This document shows positions 19,078 through 29,206 of a DNA stretch of 64,000 nucleotides, one piece after another; positions within the stretch are counted from its first letter, which is position 1, and every line of letters starts with the position of its first letter. The position numbers and the translations under genes are program-made. The DNA is from an uncultured Chloroflexia bacterium (lineage in GTDB: Bacteria; Chloroflexota; Limnocylindria; Limnocylindrales; CSP1-4): NCBI GenBank assembly GCA_963704935.1, contig CAVPIF010000003.1, positions 542,024-606,023 on the forward strand, in the 5' to 3' direction. Under the pieces are notes generated by a model, which saw nothing but the letters and a program-made list of their open reading frames with translations, was not told the DNA's origin and did not search any database.

Positions 19078-19658
19078 GCGGGATCGTCCGCGGCCTCGTC
19101 CGGCTGGCCATCGCCGGCCTGGTCGCCGGCTGGCTCATCGACCGACGGCTCCGCGGGGTCGCCGGCGTCCCGCCGCCAGCGATCTCCAGCATGATCGTCG
19201 TCGACGCGCCGATCCGGCGGGCCTGGTCCGTCCTGGCCGACATCGAGGGCCAGCCCCGCTGGATGCACGAGATGAAGACGGTCCGGCTGACGACCTCGCC
19301 GCCGACCGGAGTGGGCACACGCGGCATCGCCACCGTCAGGATCTTCGGGATCGCGGTCGAGGACCCGGTCGAGGTCGTCGAGTTCGATCCGCCACACCGG
19401 TTCGCCATCCGCCATGCGGGCACGTTCCAAGGCGGCGGCGTCATCACCCTGGAGTCAGGTGGGGGCGACGCGACGACCGTCGTCCGCTGGGACGAGACGC
19501 TCGTCGCGCCCGTCCTGCCGCACTTGTGGGCCGCCGTGGCCGGACCCGTGCTCGGCCGCATCTTCCAGGCGGACCTCGAAAGCTTCCGCGACCTGGTCGA
19601 GTCCGGCGACCGGGTTCTCGCCGACCAGGTCGCGGGCGGCCGGTCGGACCCGGGCTGA
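19074..19658 (+). CDS. SRPBCC-family protein (polyketide cyclase/START-like)
   Basis: 194 aa. N-terminal TM, then the SRPBCC pattern VDAPIRRAWSVLADIEGQPRWMHEM. GTG start overlaps the pncA stop. Confidence 0.55.
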   Translation: MSGIVRGLVRLAIAGLVAGWLIDRRLRGVAGVPPPAISSMIVVDAPIRRAWSVLADIEGQPRWMHEMKTVRLTTSPPTGVGTRGIATVRIFGIAVEDPVEVVEFDPPHRFAIRHAGTFQGGGVITLESGGGDATTVVRWDETLVAPVLPHLWAAVAGPVLGRIFQADLESFRDLVESGDRVLADQVAGGRSDPG

Positions 19659-19664
19659 CCTGCG

Positions 19665-20588
19665 GTGCAGCTGCATCTCGTCGACGCGACGTATGAGCTG
19701 TTCCGGGCGCACTTCGCCCCGCGTCCACCGGTGCTTGGCAGAGACGGCATCGCGCTGTCTGGCGTATCCGGCCTGTGCGACCAGCTCCTCTACCTGCTCC
19801 GCGAGGAGGGCGCCACGCACGTCGGGTGCGCCACGGACCGGGTGATCGAGTCCTTCCGGAACGAGCTGTACCCGGGTTACAAGTCGTCGGCCGGGATGCC
19901 GCCGGAGCTGCTGGCCCAGTTCCCCATCGCGGAGGCGGCCGTCGAAGCGCTCGGGATCGTCCTCTGGCCGATGGTGGAGTTCGAGGCCGACGACGCCATC
20001 GCGGCGGCCGCGATCCGATTCGCCACCGACCCGCGGGTGCAGCGGATCGTGGTCTGCACGCCGGACAAGGACATGGCCCAGCTCGTCCGGGATGACCGGG
20101 TGGTGCTGTGGGACCGGCGTCGCGGCATCACCTACGACGACGCCGGCGTTCGCGCGAAGTGGGGAGTGGCACCCGCGTCCATCCCGGACTGGCTGGCGGT
20201 CGTCGGCGACAGCTCGGACGGCTATCCGGGGATCCCCGGCTGGGGGGCGAAATCGGCCGCTGCGGCGCTGTCGCGCTACGGACATCTCGAGGAGATCCCG
20301 CCCAGGGCGTCCGCGTGGGAGGTCCCGGGCGTCGGGGGCGGTCGTGCGGTGACCCTGGCGGCGTCGCTGCGCGACCATTGGGATGAGGCTCTGCTGTACC
20401 GCGACCTGGCCCGCCTGCGGACGGCGGCTGACGGGGTCCCGATCCGGCAGCGTGACCCGGACGACCTGCGCTGGGACGGAGCACCGCGGGACGCCTGGGA
20501 GGCCTTCTGCGAGGAATGGGGGCTGGATCGACTCCGACGCCGGCCTCATCGCTGGCGCGAGGACCAGCCTCCGGGTTCCGCGAGCTAG
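19665..20588 (+). CDS. 5'-3' exonuclease (FEN/ExoIX-like, PIN plus H3TH)
   Basis: HLVDATYELFRAHFA, EFEADDAIA, TPDKDMAQLV and the H3TH motif GVAPASIPDWLAVVGDSSDGYPGIPGWGAKSAA. Confidence 0.8.
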   Translation: MQLHLVDATYELFRAHFAPRPPVLGRDGIALSGVSGLCDQLLYLLREEGATHVGCATDRVIESFRNELYPGYKSSAGMPPELLAQFPIAEAAVEALGIVLWPMVEFEADDAIAAAAIRFATDPRVQRIVVCTPDKDMAQLVRDDRVVLWDRRRGITYDDAGVRAKWGVAPASIPDWLAVVGDSSDGYPGIPGWGAKSAAAALSRYGHLEEIPPRASAWEVPGVGGGRAVTLAASLRDHWDEALLYRDLARLRTAADGVPIRQRDPDDLRWDGAPRDAWEAFCEEWGLDRLRRRPHRWREDQPPGSAS

Positions 20589-21406
20589 CGGACGAGGCCC
20601 AGCAACTCGGCGTGGTGCGTCGACGGGGCGGCGATGATCCCGACCGACTTCACCGGGTGGGCGACGTCGAACCACGGCCCGCCGTCCATCGACGTCACGA
20701 TGGCCCCGCCCTGCTCCGCGATGAGGCCCGCGGCGGCAACGTCCCACAGGGACAGGCCGCCCTGCTGGATGAAGGCGTCGAACCGGCCGTTCGCGACGTA
20801 CGCGAGCGCGAGGGCCGCCGAACCCATGTTCCGCGACATGCGGATCACCTTCCGTACACTCCGCGAGCGCGTCGCCGCGGACCGTCCGTTGAGTGACATG
20901 GAGATCACGAAGTCGGACAGGCGCTCCTTGTCCGCGACCCGGATCGCGCGACCGCCATGCCCGAGGGCGCCGGACAGCACGGCGGGCCCGTCCATCGAGG
21001 CCGCGAACGTCTCGCCCCGGGTCGGGTCGTGGATGACGCCGACCGCCGGACGGCCATCTTCGACCAGCCCGATCGAGACGCAGAAGAACGGGATGCCGTT
21101 GGCGTAGTTCACCGTGCCATCGAGCGGATCGACGATCCAGACGCGGCCCCGGCCCGACGTCGGAGCCTCGCCGGTCACCGCGCGATGCTCGCCGGTCTCC
21201 TCGGCGAGGATCGCGTCGCCCGGATGCCTGGCTCGGATCGCGTCGAGGATGAGCGCCTCGGACAGGTGATCCGCCTCCGTGACGACGTCGCGGGCGCTCT
21301 TGTGGTCGATCTGCTCCAACCGCTCGTAGCGTTCCATCAGGACGTCGCCGGCGCGCGCGGCGAGGGCGATCGCGAAGGCGAGGTCGTCCTGGATGCCCAT
21401 CGTCAC
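20585..21406 (-). CDS. inositol monophosphatase family protein (SuhB-like)
   Basis: EETG, WIVDPLDGTVNYANG and WDVAAAGLI motifs. Confidence 0.8.
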   Translation of the reverse strand: MTMGIQDDLAFAIALAARAGDVLMERYERLEQIDHKSARDVVTEADHLSEALILDAIRARHPGDAILAEETGEHRAVTGEAPTSGRGRVWIVDPLDGTVNYANGIPFFCVSIGLVEDGRPAVGVIHDPTRGETFAASMDGPAVLSGALGHGGRAIRVADKERLSDFVISMSLNGRSAATRSRSVRKVIRMSRNMGSAALALAYVANGRFDAFIQQGGLSLWDVAAAGLIAEQGGAIVTSMDGGPWFDVAHPVKSVGIIAAPSTHHAELLGLVR

Positions 21407-21906
21407 GGCGTGCGGCAGTCGACGACGAGGTCGCCGACCTCCGCTCCGAGCTCGGTCACGACCCGCTCGAAGCTGACGGTCTGGCCGGCGCCGATGGTCG
21501 GGCTGAGGACGAACGCGCTGGGCCCGCCACCGCGATCGGTCGCACGGGTGAGTCGGCAGGTGGTCCGCCCGGCCGCATCGCCCTCGTTCGTGACCGTCAA
21601 CGTGACCTGCAGGCCGTCGCCGGCAGGGATCGTCGCGTCGAGCGTCGAGGCGAAGGGCCCGATGTCGGCGACGGCCAGCCGCGCGACGAGGGCCAGGATG
21701 ACGAACGCCGCGACGACTCCCAGGAAGACGGTGCCGTGGACCTGGGAAGCGGCGACATCACGCAGGCCGAGCGGGTTGCAGCGTTCGCACAGACCCACGC
21801 CGATCGCGACCGGGGCGCCGCACCGCACGCAGCCATGGGTCGGCTCGGTCGGGGCGGGGGCCGGCTGGCGCTCCGGCGCGGCGACCGTCGGACTGGTCGA
21901 TGTCAC
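21403..21906 (-). CDS. zinc-ribbon / single-TM protein with a beta-sandwich-like C-terminal domain
   Basis: CVRCGAP ... CERC zinc ribbon, one TM helix, then QVTLTVTNEGDAAGRTTCRL ... GAGQTVSF, which looks CARDB/DUF11-like. Stop overlaps the IMPase start. Confidence 0.45.
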   Translation of the reverse strand: MTSTSPTVAAPERQPAPAPTEPTHGCVRCGAPVAIGVGLCERCNPLGLRDVAASQVHGTVFLGVVAAFVILALVARLAVADIGPFASTLDATIPAGDGLQVTLTVTNEGDAAGRTTCRLTRATDRGGGPSAFVLSPTIGAGQTVSFERVVTELGAEVGDLVVDCRTP

Positions 21907-21963
21907 GGGGTGGATGGTGCCATGAACGGGGCGATCAGGCCGTGGTCGGCCACCACGCGTCGA

Positions 21964-22818
21964 TCACCAGCGCTCGACGGCCTCGACGAGCGCATCGACG
22001 TCATCGTTCGTCCGGGCCAGGACGATAGCCCCATCCGCGCCCGCGCCCCGCCAGCGGGCCCACGCCTCGCGAGGCGCGGAGAACCAGGGAGTGTCGCGGA
22101 ATGACGCGTGGCCGAGCCAGTCCCCCTGGAAGCCGACCAGGACCGTCTGTTCCTCGCGCCGCCGACCGGCCGCGGCGAGCGACTCGAGGTAGCCCGGCAG
22201 GTTCGCCTCGAAGTTGGGATCGAAGGTCGACCAACCATCTCCGATCCGCCCGGCAAGCCGGGCACCGGCCGGCGTCTCGCCGCCGATGATGATCCGCGGT
22301 GTCGGATCAGGGACCGGAAACGCGGTGGCGTTCGCCAGCGGGTAGTACGGTGAGTCCCGGCTGACCGGCCCACCGGACCACAGGGCGCGGATCACGGCGA
22401 CCGCCTCCTCGAGCCGGGCCACGCGCTCCGGGACCTCGGGGAAGTCCATCCCGTATGCCGCGTGTTCCGCGGGTGCCCCGCCGATCCCGATCCCGAGGAT
22501 GAACCGACCAGCGGTGGCGATCTGGAGGGTGGACGCCATCCGCGCCAGCAGGGCGGGATGCCGGTTCATCACATTCAGGACGAAGGGCGCCACTGTCACC
22601 CGGGTCGTCTGCGCGGCCGCCATGGCCAGCATCGTCCAGGCCTCCACGACGGGAACGGCCTTGTCGCCGCGGCCCATGAAATGGTCCCAGCACCAGATAC
22701 CCGCATACCCGGCGGCGTCGAGCCGCCGGGCGCTCTCGAGCCACCAGATCGGCTCCGCCCGGATGGCGCGGATGCAGACCCCGATCGGCAGGCCGGGCGC
22801 GCCCGTCTCCTCGCCCAC
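21964..22818 (-). CDS. LLM-class flavin/F420-dependent oxidoreductase
   Basis: TIM-barrel LLM pattern WCWDHF ... GRFILGIGIGG. Confidence 0.7.
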   Translation of the reverse strand: MGEETGAPGLPIGVCIRAIRAEPIWWLESARRLDAAGYAGIWCWDHFMGRGDKAVPVVEAWTMLAMAAAQTTRVTVAPFVLNVMNRHPALLARMASTLQIATAGRFILGIGIGGAPAEHAAYGMDFPEVPERVARLEEAVAVIRALWSGGPVSRDSPYYPLANATAFPVPDPTPRIIIGGETPAGARLAGRIGDGWSTFDPNFEANLPGYLESLAAAGRRREEQTVLVGFQGDWLGHASFRDTPWFSAPREAWARWRGAGADGAIVLARTNDDVDALVEAVERW

Positions 22819-22824
22819 TCCGCG

Positions 22825-23691
22825 CTAGAGCCCGGTCTCGAACAGCCGGATGTCCTCCGCAGCGATGGTGTGCCCGTCGCCCCGGGTCGGGCCCAGCGCT
22901 GCCCGCGCCCCGAGGGCGTCGAGGTCGGGCGGGAAGCGACCGATCAGGTCCAGGACGACCTGCTGGATCCGTTCGGCGTTGGCCGAGAAGACTTCCAGCA
23001 CGTCGTGGGCGGTGACGGCCTCCGTGCCTTCCAGCACCCCGGCGTCGTAGTCGGTGATCAGGCTGATGTTGACGACCGCGATCCCGAGCTCCCGGCACAG
23101 CCACGCCTCTGGGTACTGGGTCATGTTGATGACCTCCCAGCCCGCCTCGCTGAACCACTTCGACTCGCTCCTGGTCGAGAAGCGGGGGCCCTGGATGACG
23201 ACGACCGTCCCGCGCTCGTGGACCTCGATGCCGTGGTCGCGGATCGTCTCGATGGCGAGCGCGCGAAGGACCGGGTCGTACGGCTCGGCCGAAGAGAGGT
23301 GGGTCACGATCGGGCCGTCGAAGAACGTGTCTGCCCGGCCGCTGGTCCGGTCCACGAACTGGTCGCACACGACGAAATCGCCCGGCTTCACCTCGCGCGC
23401 GAGCGAGCCGGCGGCGCACGGCGAGATCGCGGCCCGGACGCCCAGCGACCGCATGGCCCAGACGTTGGCCCGGTAGTTGATCCGATGGGGCGGGATCGTG
23501 TGCCGACGTCCGTGCCTGGGCAGGAAGGCGACCCGACGGCCTGCCACCTCCGCCAGGAACAGGGAATCGGACGGCGCGCCGTACGGCGTGTCGACCTTCA
23601 CCTCGCGGACATCCTCGAGCAGCGAGTAGAACCCGGACCCCCCGAAGACACCGATCTCCGCCGTATCCGCCACGCGTTGCGCCTCCGTCAT
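22825..23691 (-). CDS. mtnP: S-methyl-5'-thioadenosine phosphorylase
   Basis: IGVFGGSGFY, VAFLPRHG and MTQYPEAWLCRELGIAVV are diagnostic of MTAP. Confidence 0.85.
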   Translation of the reverse strand: MTEAQRVADTAEIGVFGGSGFYSLLEDVREVKVDTPYGAPSDSLFLAEVAGRRVAFLPRHGRRHTIPPHRINYRANVWAMRSLGVRAAISPCAAGSLAREVKPGDFVVCDQFVDRTSGRADTFFDGPIVTHLSSAEPYDPVLRALAIETIRDHGIEVHERGTVVVIQGPRFSTRSESKWFSEAGWEVINMTQYPEAWLCRELGIAVVNISLITDYDAGVLEGTEAVTAHDVLEVFSANAERIQQVVLDLIGRFPPDLDALGARAALGPTRGDGHTIAAEDIRLFETGL

Positions 23692-23807
23692 CCTGGCCGC
23701 CCCGCGGACGGCCCGTCGCGCCGATGGAGTCGGCGCCAGCGCCCGATTCTAGGCCCGCGGGGCTACGATGGGGGCGCCGCCGGTCGCGGCCGCAACGGGA
23801 GCCCGTC

Positions 23808-24170
23808 ATGACCGACCCCAACCCGACCACCCGCATGCCTCTCCCGGGGCAGGCGGACCACACGGCTGATCCCGGATCCGGACCCGGATCGGGTCCGGGC
23901 TTCGCCGCCGTCCCGCCACCGGCGGCGCCCCCGGCTGGAGCGGGCTGGCCGCCACCGTCCGCAGCGCGCTGGTCCGGCCGCTCCGGCGACGGCCGATCCG
24001 GGTCGATGGTGTTCGGCCTCATCGTCCTCGGCATCGGCCTCTGGTTCTTCGCCGAGCACACGCTCGGGCTGGAGCTGCCGGCGATCCGGTGGAGCCAGTT
24101 CTGGCCGGTCATCCTCATCGTCATCGGGGCGTGGGTCGTGCTCGCGTCGGTGCGCAGCCGCGGGCGCTGA
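23808..24170 (+). CDS. Pro/Gly-rich membrane protein (DUF5668/PspC-like C-terminal 2-TM region)
   Basis: Low-complexity PG-rich N-terminus, then two TM helices (MVFGLIVLGIGLWFF ... WPVILIVIGAWVV). Start uncertain; the ORF also opens at 23724. Confidence 0.4.
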   Translation: MTDPNPTTRMPLPGQADHTADPGSGPGSGPGFAAVPPPAAPPAGAGWPPPSAARWSGRSGDGRSGSMVFGLIVLGIGLWFFAEHTLGLELPAIRWSQFWPVILIVIGAWVVLASVRSRGR

Positions 24171-24180
24171 ACGCAATCCG

Positions 24181-24843
24181 GTGAGCGACTGGGAGCCCGG
24201 TGACGGGTCGCTCGCCGATCGCCTGAGTCTGGCCGACTGGCGCCGTCGGATCGCCACCCTGTATGCGGAGGTCCGCGCGATGGCGGCCTCGGACCCGGTC
24301 GTGGCGCTCTTCCACTGGCGGGCGGTCAGGGAGCGGCTGTTCCGCGAGCACCCGCAGTCGCCGGTGCCCGTCGCCGACCGCGGAGGATTCCGGGCACGCC
24401 ACTTCGATCACGATCCCAGGCTGCGGTTCGCGGCATTCGTGGAGCCCGAACCCGCTGCCGCCGAACCCGAGCTCGCCGTGCGACTGCCCGTCAGCAGCGG
24501 TGGCGACAGCCTGTCGTTCCACCGGGTCGGGCGGATCCGGCTCCCCTTCCCCGACGACGAAGTGGCCCTGAGCGTGTACTGGATGGCCGGCTATGCCGGG
24601 GGCCTGTTCATCCCGTTCCGCGACGCCACGGGCGGCACCGAGACGTACGCGGCCGGACGCTACCTCCTGGACGCCGCCAAGAGCGCCGATCTCGGTGCCG
24701 AAGCGGACACCGGCGCGCTCATCCTCGATTTCAACTTCGCCATCCAGCCGTCGTGCGCGTTCGATGCTCGCTGGGCCTGTCCCCTCGCGCCTCCGGAGAA
24801 CCGGCTGGACGTCGCAGTACGGGCTGGCGAACGCTTGATCTGA
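24181..24843 (+). CDS. DUF1684 domain protein
   Basis: YWMAGYAGGLFIPFRDATGGTETYAAGRYL ... LDFNFAIQPSCAFDARWACPLAPPENRL matches DUF1684. Confidence 0.7.
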   Translation: MSDWEPGDGSLADRLSLADWRRRIATLYAEVRAMAASDPVVALFHWRAVRERLFREHPQSPVPVADRGGFRARHFDHDPRLRFAAFVEPEPAAAEPELAVRLPVSSGGDSLSFHRVGRIRLPFPDDEVALSVYWMAGYAGGLFIPFRDATGGTETYAAGRYLLDAAKSADLGAEADTGALILDFNFAIQPSCAFDARWACPLAPPENRLDVAVRAGERLI

Positions 24844-24898
24844 TGGCTGGAGTGGGAGTTCGCGCCGCCAGCGCGCACCGCGCTCCGCGGGCCGGCAC

Positions 24899-24929
24899 AC
24901 CGGACCAACGTACCGGACCCCACCGGACC
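24899..24929. repeat. three direct copies of ACCGGACC (spacers 5 and 2 nt) upstream of the EAL gene
   Basis: Read directly: cACCGGACCaacgtACCGGACCccACCGGACCc. Confidence 0.5.
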
Positions 24930-25038
24930 CCCGGCCCCACGCGCGGACCGCGGGTCCGGCGCATGCTTCGCGGAGGCGATCGCCGGCTCGAAATCGCGGG
25001 TCGGCGACTGCGTCCTGGATCCACCTGGGGGACTGTGC

Positions 25039-26230
25039 TTGCGCCTGTTCAATCCGCCACGCCGGAATGACGAACGACTCCTCTGGTCCCGCGACATCAG
25101 CTACGTGCGGCGCCTTGGGGTAGAGGTGCCCGGATCGCGAGTCATCGAGCTGGATTCGGGTGCGGTCCTGATCGCCGCGGCCGGCGTCCTGACGGAGCCA
25201 CTCGCGGCCGAGGTTGCGGAGGATCTCAACGCGCTCGACCACGGCCTGGTCACGGTAGATGCGGGCCTCCCGGAGGCGGACCGCTACCTGATGGCGCTGT
25301 CGGCCGCGGTCCAGGCATCCGGCCTCGCTGACCGGATCGGTATGGCCCAGACGACCCAGGTCATCCAGACCAAGACGCTCGACTACTTCTTCAGCCTGCG
25401 GAACCTCCACGGCGTGGCGTTCCAGCCGATCGTCGACCTCGAGACTGGCGATCTCCACGAGTACGAGTGCCTGTTCCGCCCGAGCATGCCGATGATGCCG
25501 CAGTCGATCGGGTCGATCGTGCAGGCCGCCATCGATACGGACCGGTCGATCGAACTGGACATGTTCCTGATCTCCGGCATCCTCGCACGGGCCGGCGGCC
25601 TGGAGCGCCAGGGTCGTGACGCGGGCAGGCCGCCGATCCGGATCGCGGTGAACGTCACCCCGGCCAGCCTGCTCGATCCGCGCTTCTCGGCCTCCACCCT
25701 CGCCGACCTGGTCCGCTCGGTCGACCTCGATCCGCGCCAGATCACGCTCGAGTGCACGGAGCAGCAGGCCGTCTCCGACGTGGTCCCGCTCCAACGCGCC
25801 GTCAAGGCCCTGCGACGCGTCGGGATTCGGGTTCGCGGTGGACGACGCCGGGGCCGGCTATGCGAGCTTCGCCCTGATCGCCGCCCTGCGACCGACGATC
25901 ATCAAGATCGACCGCGACATCATCGCCGGCATCGCCCGCGATGATGCCAAGCAGGCACTGGTGGAAGCGTTCGTGTCGTTCGGCCGAAGGATCGGTGCGA
26001 AGCTGCTCGCCGAGGGCATCGAGCGCCGGGCGGACCTCGCCATGTGCATGTCCCTCGGGGTGGATCTCGGCCAGGGCTACCTCCTGGGCCGACCGGCCTT
26101 CGACCCGGCCTCGCCTCGCCCGATGGAGACGCTTCGGCTGTCCGCGGCGCGGAAGGCCGTCCGGGAGGCCGCCCGGCGCACCGCCCGTCGGGCCTTGCCC
26201 GGTTCGGTCAACCCCGTCATCAGCGACTGA
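25039..26230 (+). pseudogene. EAL-domain c-di-GMP phosphodiesterase with unknown N-terminal domain; +1 frameshift near 25828 in a G run
   Basis: Frame A ends LRRVGIR. EAL motifs QPIVDLETGDLHEYECLFR and ECTEQQ are present. Frame B continues FAVDDAGAGYASF (the DDFGTGYSS motif) and EGIE. One extra G in cgGGttc breaks the frame, so this is a pseudogene or a sequencing error. Confidence 0.7.
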
Positions 26231-26255
26231 CCGGTTCCCCGCGTACCATCGCGGG

Positions 26256-26702
26256 ATGACGGACCCGAGAAACGCCAGCCCGACGCTCGGGATCCCTGAA
26301 CGCCTGCGGGACTTCCTCGACGCGCCCCAGGTCGCCACCATCGCGACGCTGGACCCGGACGGCTCCCCGCGCCAGGCCGTGATCTGGTACACGCTGGACG
26401 GCGACAGCCTGGTCATCAACAGCGCGATCGGGCGTCGCTGGCCGGCGAACCTCCTCCGCGACCGACGGGTCTCCGTGGCCGTGACGGACCGGCACGACGG
26501 GTATCGCTGGATCGGCATCAGCGGGACCGTCTCGATCATCGACGATCAGCCGACGGCCCAGGCGGATATCGCGGCGATGGCGCGGCGGTATCACGCCGAT
26601 GAGCCGGAAAAGGCCGAGCGGCTCATCCGCGACCGGTTCGAGCACCAGCAGCGGATCAGCTTCCGTGTCCACCTCCACGCGGTCCACGACCATCTCGACT
26701 GA
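26256..26702 (+). CDS. PPOX-class F420-dependent (pyridoxamine-5'-phosphate-oxidase-fold) protein
   Basis: 149 aa. The FMN/F420 split-barrel pattern VATIATLDPDGSPRQAVIWYTLDGDSLVI. Confidence 0.7.
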   Translation: MTDPRNASPTLGIPERLRDFLDAPQVATIATLDPDGSPRQAVIWYTLDGDSLVINSAIGRRWPANLLRDRRVSVAVTDRHDGYRWIGISGTVSIIDDQPTAQADIAAMARRYHADEPEKAERLIRDRFEHQQRISFRVHLHAVHDHLD

Positions 26703-26718
26703 CCGGGCGCCCGGCACG

Positions 26719-27642
26719 ATGCGGTTCGGCCTCCAGCTCTGGTCCCAGTCCACCGGCTGGCCGGCGTTCCGTGACGCGGCCCTGGCGGCCGAATCGAATG
26801 GCTGGGATTCGGTCTGGACCTGGGATCACTTGCTGGCGATCTTCGGGCCGTGGGAGCAGCCGATCCTGGAGGGCTGGTCCGTCCTCTCGGCGCTCGGCCC
26901 CCTGACGTCGCGGGTCCGCCTCGGGCTGATGGTCGGCGCGAACACCTTCCGCAACCCCGGCCTGACCGCCAAGCTCGCGACCACCCTGGATCATGTCTCG
27001 GGAGGTCGCGCGGTCCTCGGGATCGGCGGGGCCTGGTTCGAGCGCGAGCACGAGGCCTTCGGGATCGACTTCGGGTCGACCGCCGGCGAGCGCCTGGACC
27101 GGCTGGACGAGGCGGTCGGGCTGATCCGCCGCCTGCTCGACGGCGAGCGCTTCTCCCACGAGACCCGGACGTACGCCGTCCACGACGCCCTCAACGCGCC
27201 ACGACCCATCCAGGACCGGTTGCCGATCCTCATCGGTGGCAGCGGCCGGCGCAAGACCCTGCGCACCGTCGCCGCGCGGGCCGACGGCTGGAACACCGCC
27301 GGGAGCCTCGACGAGGTCCGTGACGCGCTGGCCACCCTGGAGCGGCACGCCGCGGACGTCGGGCGCGACCTGGCGACGCTGGAGAAGACGATCAGTTTCC
27401 CGCTCCTGATCGATGACGACCCCGAGGTCGCGGCGCGCCGGATGCGGACACTGATGGACGCCAACGGCACGGAGAGCCTGGGCGCCGGACCCACCCTCAC
27501 GGGCCCGCCGGAGGCGATCGCCGACGCGATCCGGCCGTATCGCGACCTCGGGTTCGGGACCGTCATCGTCCGGATGCCCGCGCCGTACGACCCGCAGACC
27601 ATCGCCCGGATCGGCGAGGTCGCCGAGCACCTCACCCGATGA
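26719..27642 (+). CDS. LLM-class F420-dependent oxidoreductase (Rv1855c-like family)
   Basis: MRFGLQLW ... WTWDHL ... VLGIGGAWFEREHEAFGIDF ... ILIGGSGRRKTLR matches the TIGR03560-type pattern. Confidence 0.75.
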   Translation: MRFGLQLWSQSTGWPAFRDAALAAESNGWDSVWTWDHLLAIFGPWEQPILEGWSVLSALGPLTSRVRLGLMVGANTFRNPGLTAKLATTLDHVSGGRAVLGIGGAWFEREHEAFGIDFGSTAGERLDRLDEAVGLIRRLLDGERFSHETRTYAVHDALNAPRPIQDRLPILIGGSGRRKTLRTVAARADGWNTAGSLDEVRDALATLERHAADVGRDLATLEKTISFPLLIDDDPEVAARRMRTLMDANGTESLGAGPTLTGPPEAIADAIRPYRDLGFGTVIVRMPAPYDPQTIARIGEVAEHLTR

Positions 27643-28583
27643 AGGTCGTGGAGCTGGCTGGTGGGGTCGGGGGCGCAAAGCTTGCGGAGGGCCTCGCCGC
27701 CCATCTCGGTCCGGACCTGACGGTCGTCGTCAACACGGGCGACGACCTGGAGCTCCACGGACTGGCCGTCTGGCCGGACCATGACACGGTCGCGTACACC
27801 CTGGCCGACCTCGACGACATGGAGCGCGGCTGGGGCCTGCGCGACGAGACGTGGACCGTCATGGACCGGCTCGCGGCGCTGGGGGACGAGCCATGGTTCC
27901 GGCTCGGCGACCGCGACCTGGCCACGCACCTGTGGCGGACCGACCGGCTCCGCGCGGGCACCCGGCCCACGGACGTGGCCCTGGCACTCCGCGCGGCCAT
28001 GGGCATCGCCCCGACGATCCTGCCGATGGCCGACGAACCCGTCCGGACCGAGGTCCGGACGGACGACGGGTGGCTCGAGTTCCAGGAGTACTTCGTCCAC
28101 CTCCGCCAGGCGCCAGAGGTGCGGGAGGTGCGCTTCCGGGGGATCGAGGCGGCCCATGCGACGCCGGATGTCGTCGCCGCGATCGCGGCCGCCGACGCGA
28201 TCATCATCGCCCCGTCCAACCCGATCGTGTCGATCGGGCCCCTGCTGGCCCTGCCCGGCCTGGCCGACGCGCTGGCCGCGGCTCGCACCCGCGGGGTGCC
28301 GATCGTGGCGATGAGTGGGATCGTCGCCGGCAAGGCGCTCAAGGGTCCGGCCGACCGGATGCTCGCGTCGCTCGGTCACGAGTCCAGCGCCCTCGGCGTC
28401 GCGCACCTGTACCGGTCGGTCGCGACGGCATTCATCGCCGATGCCGTCGATGCCCAGGCGATCCCCGGGATCCAAACGCTGGGCCTGCGGGCCGTGGCAT
28501 TCGATACGATCATGGCGGATGACGCGGATCGCCGGAGGATCGCGCGAGCCGTGCTCGACGTGGCCACGGGACCGCTGACGTGA
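27639..28583 (+). CDS. cofD: 2-phospho-L-lactate transferase (F420 biosynthesis)
   Basis: MKVVELAGGVGGAKL and APSNPIVSIGPLLALPGL are CofD hallmarks. Confidence 0.9.
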   Translation: MKVVELAGGVGGAKLAEGLAAHLGPDLTVVVNTGDDLELHGLAVWPDHDTVAYTLADLDDMERGWGLRDETWTVMDRLAALGDEPWFRLGDRDLATHLWRTDRLRAGTRPTDVALALRAAMGIAPTILPMADEPVRTEVRTDDGWLEFQEYFVHLRQAPEVREVRFRGIEAAHATPDVVAAIAAADAIIIAPSNPIVSIGPLLALPGLADALAAARTRGVPIVAMSGIVAGKALKGPADRMLASLGHESSALGVAHLYRSVATAFIADAVDAQAIPGIQTLGLRAVAFDTIMADDADRRRIARAVLDVATGPLT

Positions 28584-29206
28584 GCGCCCGCTCGATGGTG
28601 GTCGCGATCGTGCCGATCGGCCGGCTGGAGGGCGCCAAGTCGCGGCTGGGCGACGTCCTGGACGCGGAGGAACGGCAGGCTCTGGTGACCCGTCTCGCCC
28701 GGGAGACGATCGGCGCTGTCGTGGCGGCCCCGGGCGTCGCGGAGACGCTGGTCGTCACGCCGGACGACGCCGCGCGACGACTCGCGCTGGAACTCGGTGC
28801 CCGGCCCATCCGACAGCGGACGCAGGGTCTCAACGATGGCCTGCGCGAGGGTCGCGCCGAGGCGATCGCCGCCGGGGCGACGGCCGTCCTGATCGTCCCG
28901 ATCGACCTGCCATGGATCTCCCCGGCGGCGATCGGGCGCGTGCTGGCCACGCTGGAACGATCGGCCTCGCCCGTCGTGGTGATCGTGGCCGACCGCCATG
29001 GGCGCGGCACGAACGCGCTGCTCGTCGCACCGCCGGACGCCATCGATGTCCATTTCGGTGGTGACAGCCGGGCGGCGCACCTCGCCGCAGCACGCGACGC
29101 CGCCGTCTCGGTCGTCGAGCTCGATGGGCCCTTGACCGTGGACCTCGATACGCCGGAGGACCTGCTCCTCGTGGAACAGGCGGACCCGGAGATGGCCCAT
29201 GGCTGA
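28580..29206 (+). CDS. cofC: 2-phospho-L-lactate guanylyltransferase (F420 biosynthesis)
   Basis: MobA-like nucleotidyltransferase fold (VVAIVPIGRLEGAKSRL, GLNDGL). Position between cofD and cofE. Start is 28580 (GTG) or 28595 (ATG). Confidence 0.8.
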   Translation: MSARSMVVAIVPIGRLEGAKSRLGDVLDAEERQALVTRLARETIGAVVAAPGVAETLVVTPDDAARRLALELGARPIRQRTQGLNDGLREGRAEAIAAGATAVLIVPIDLPWISPAAIGRVLATLERSASPVVVIVADRHGRGTNALLVAPPDAIDVHFGGDSRAAHLAAARDAAVSVVELDGPLTVDLDTPEDLLLVEQADPEMAHG

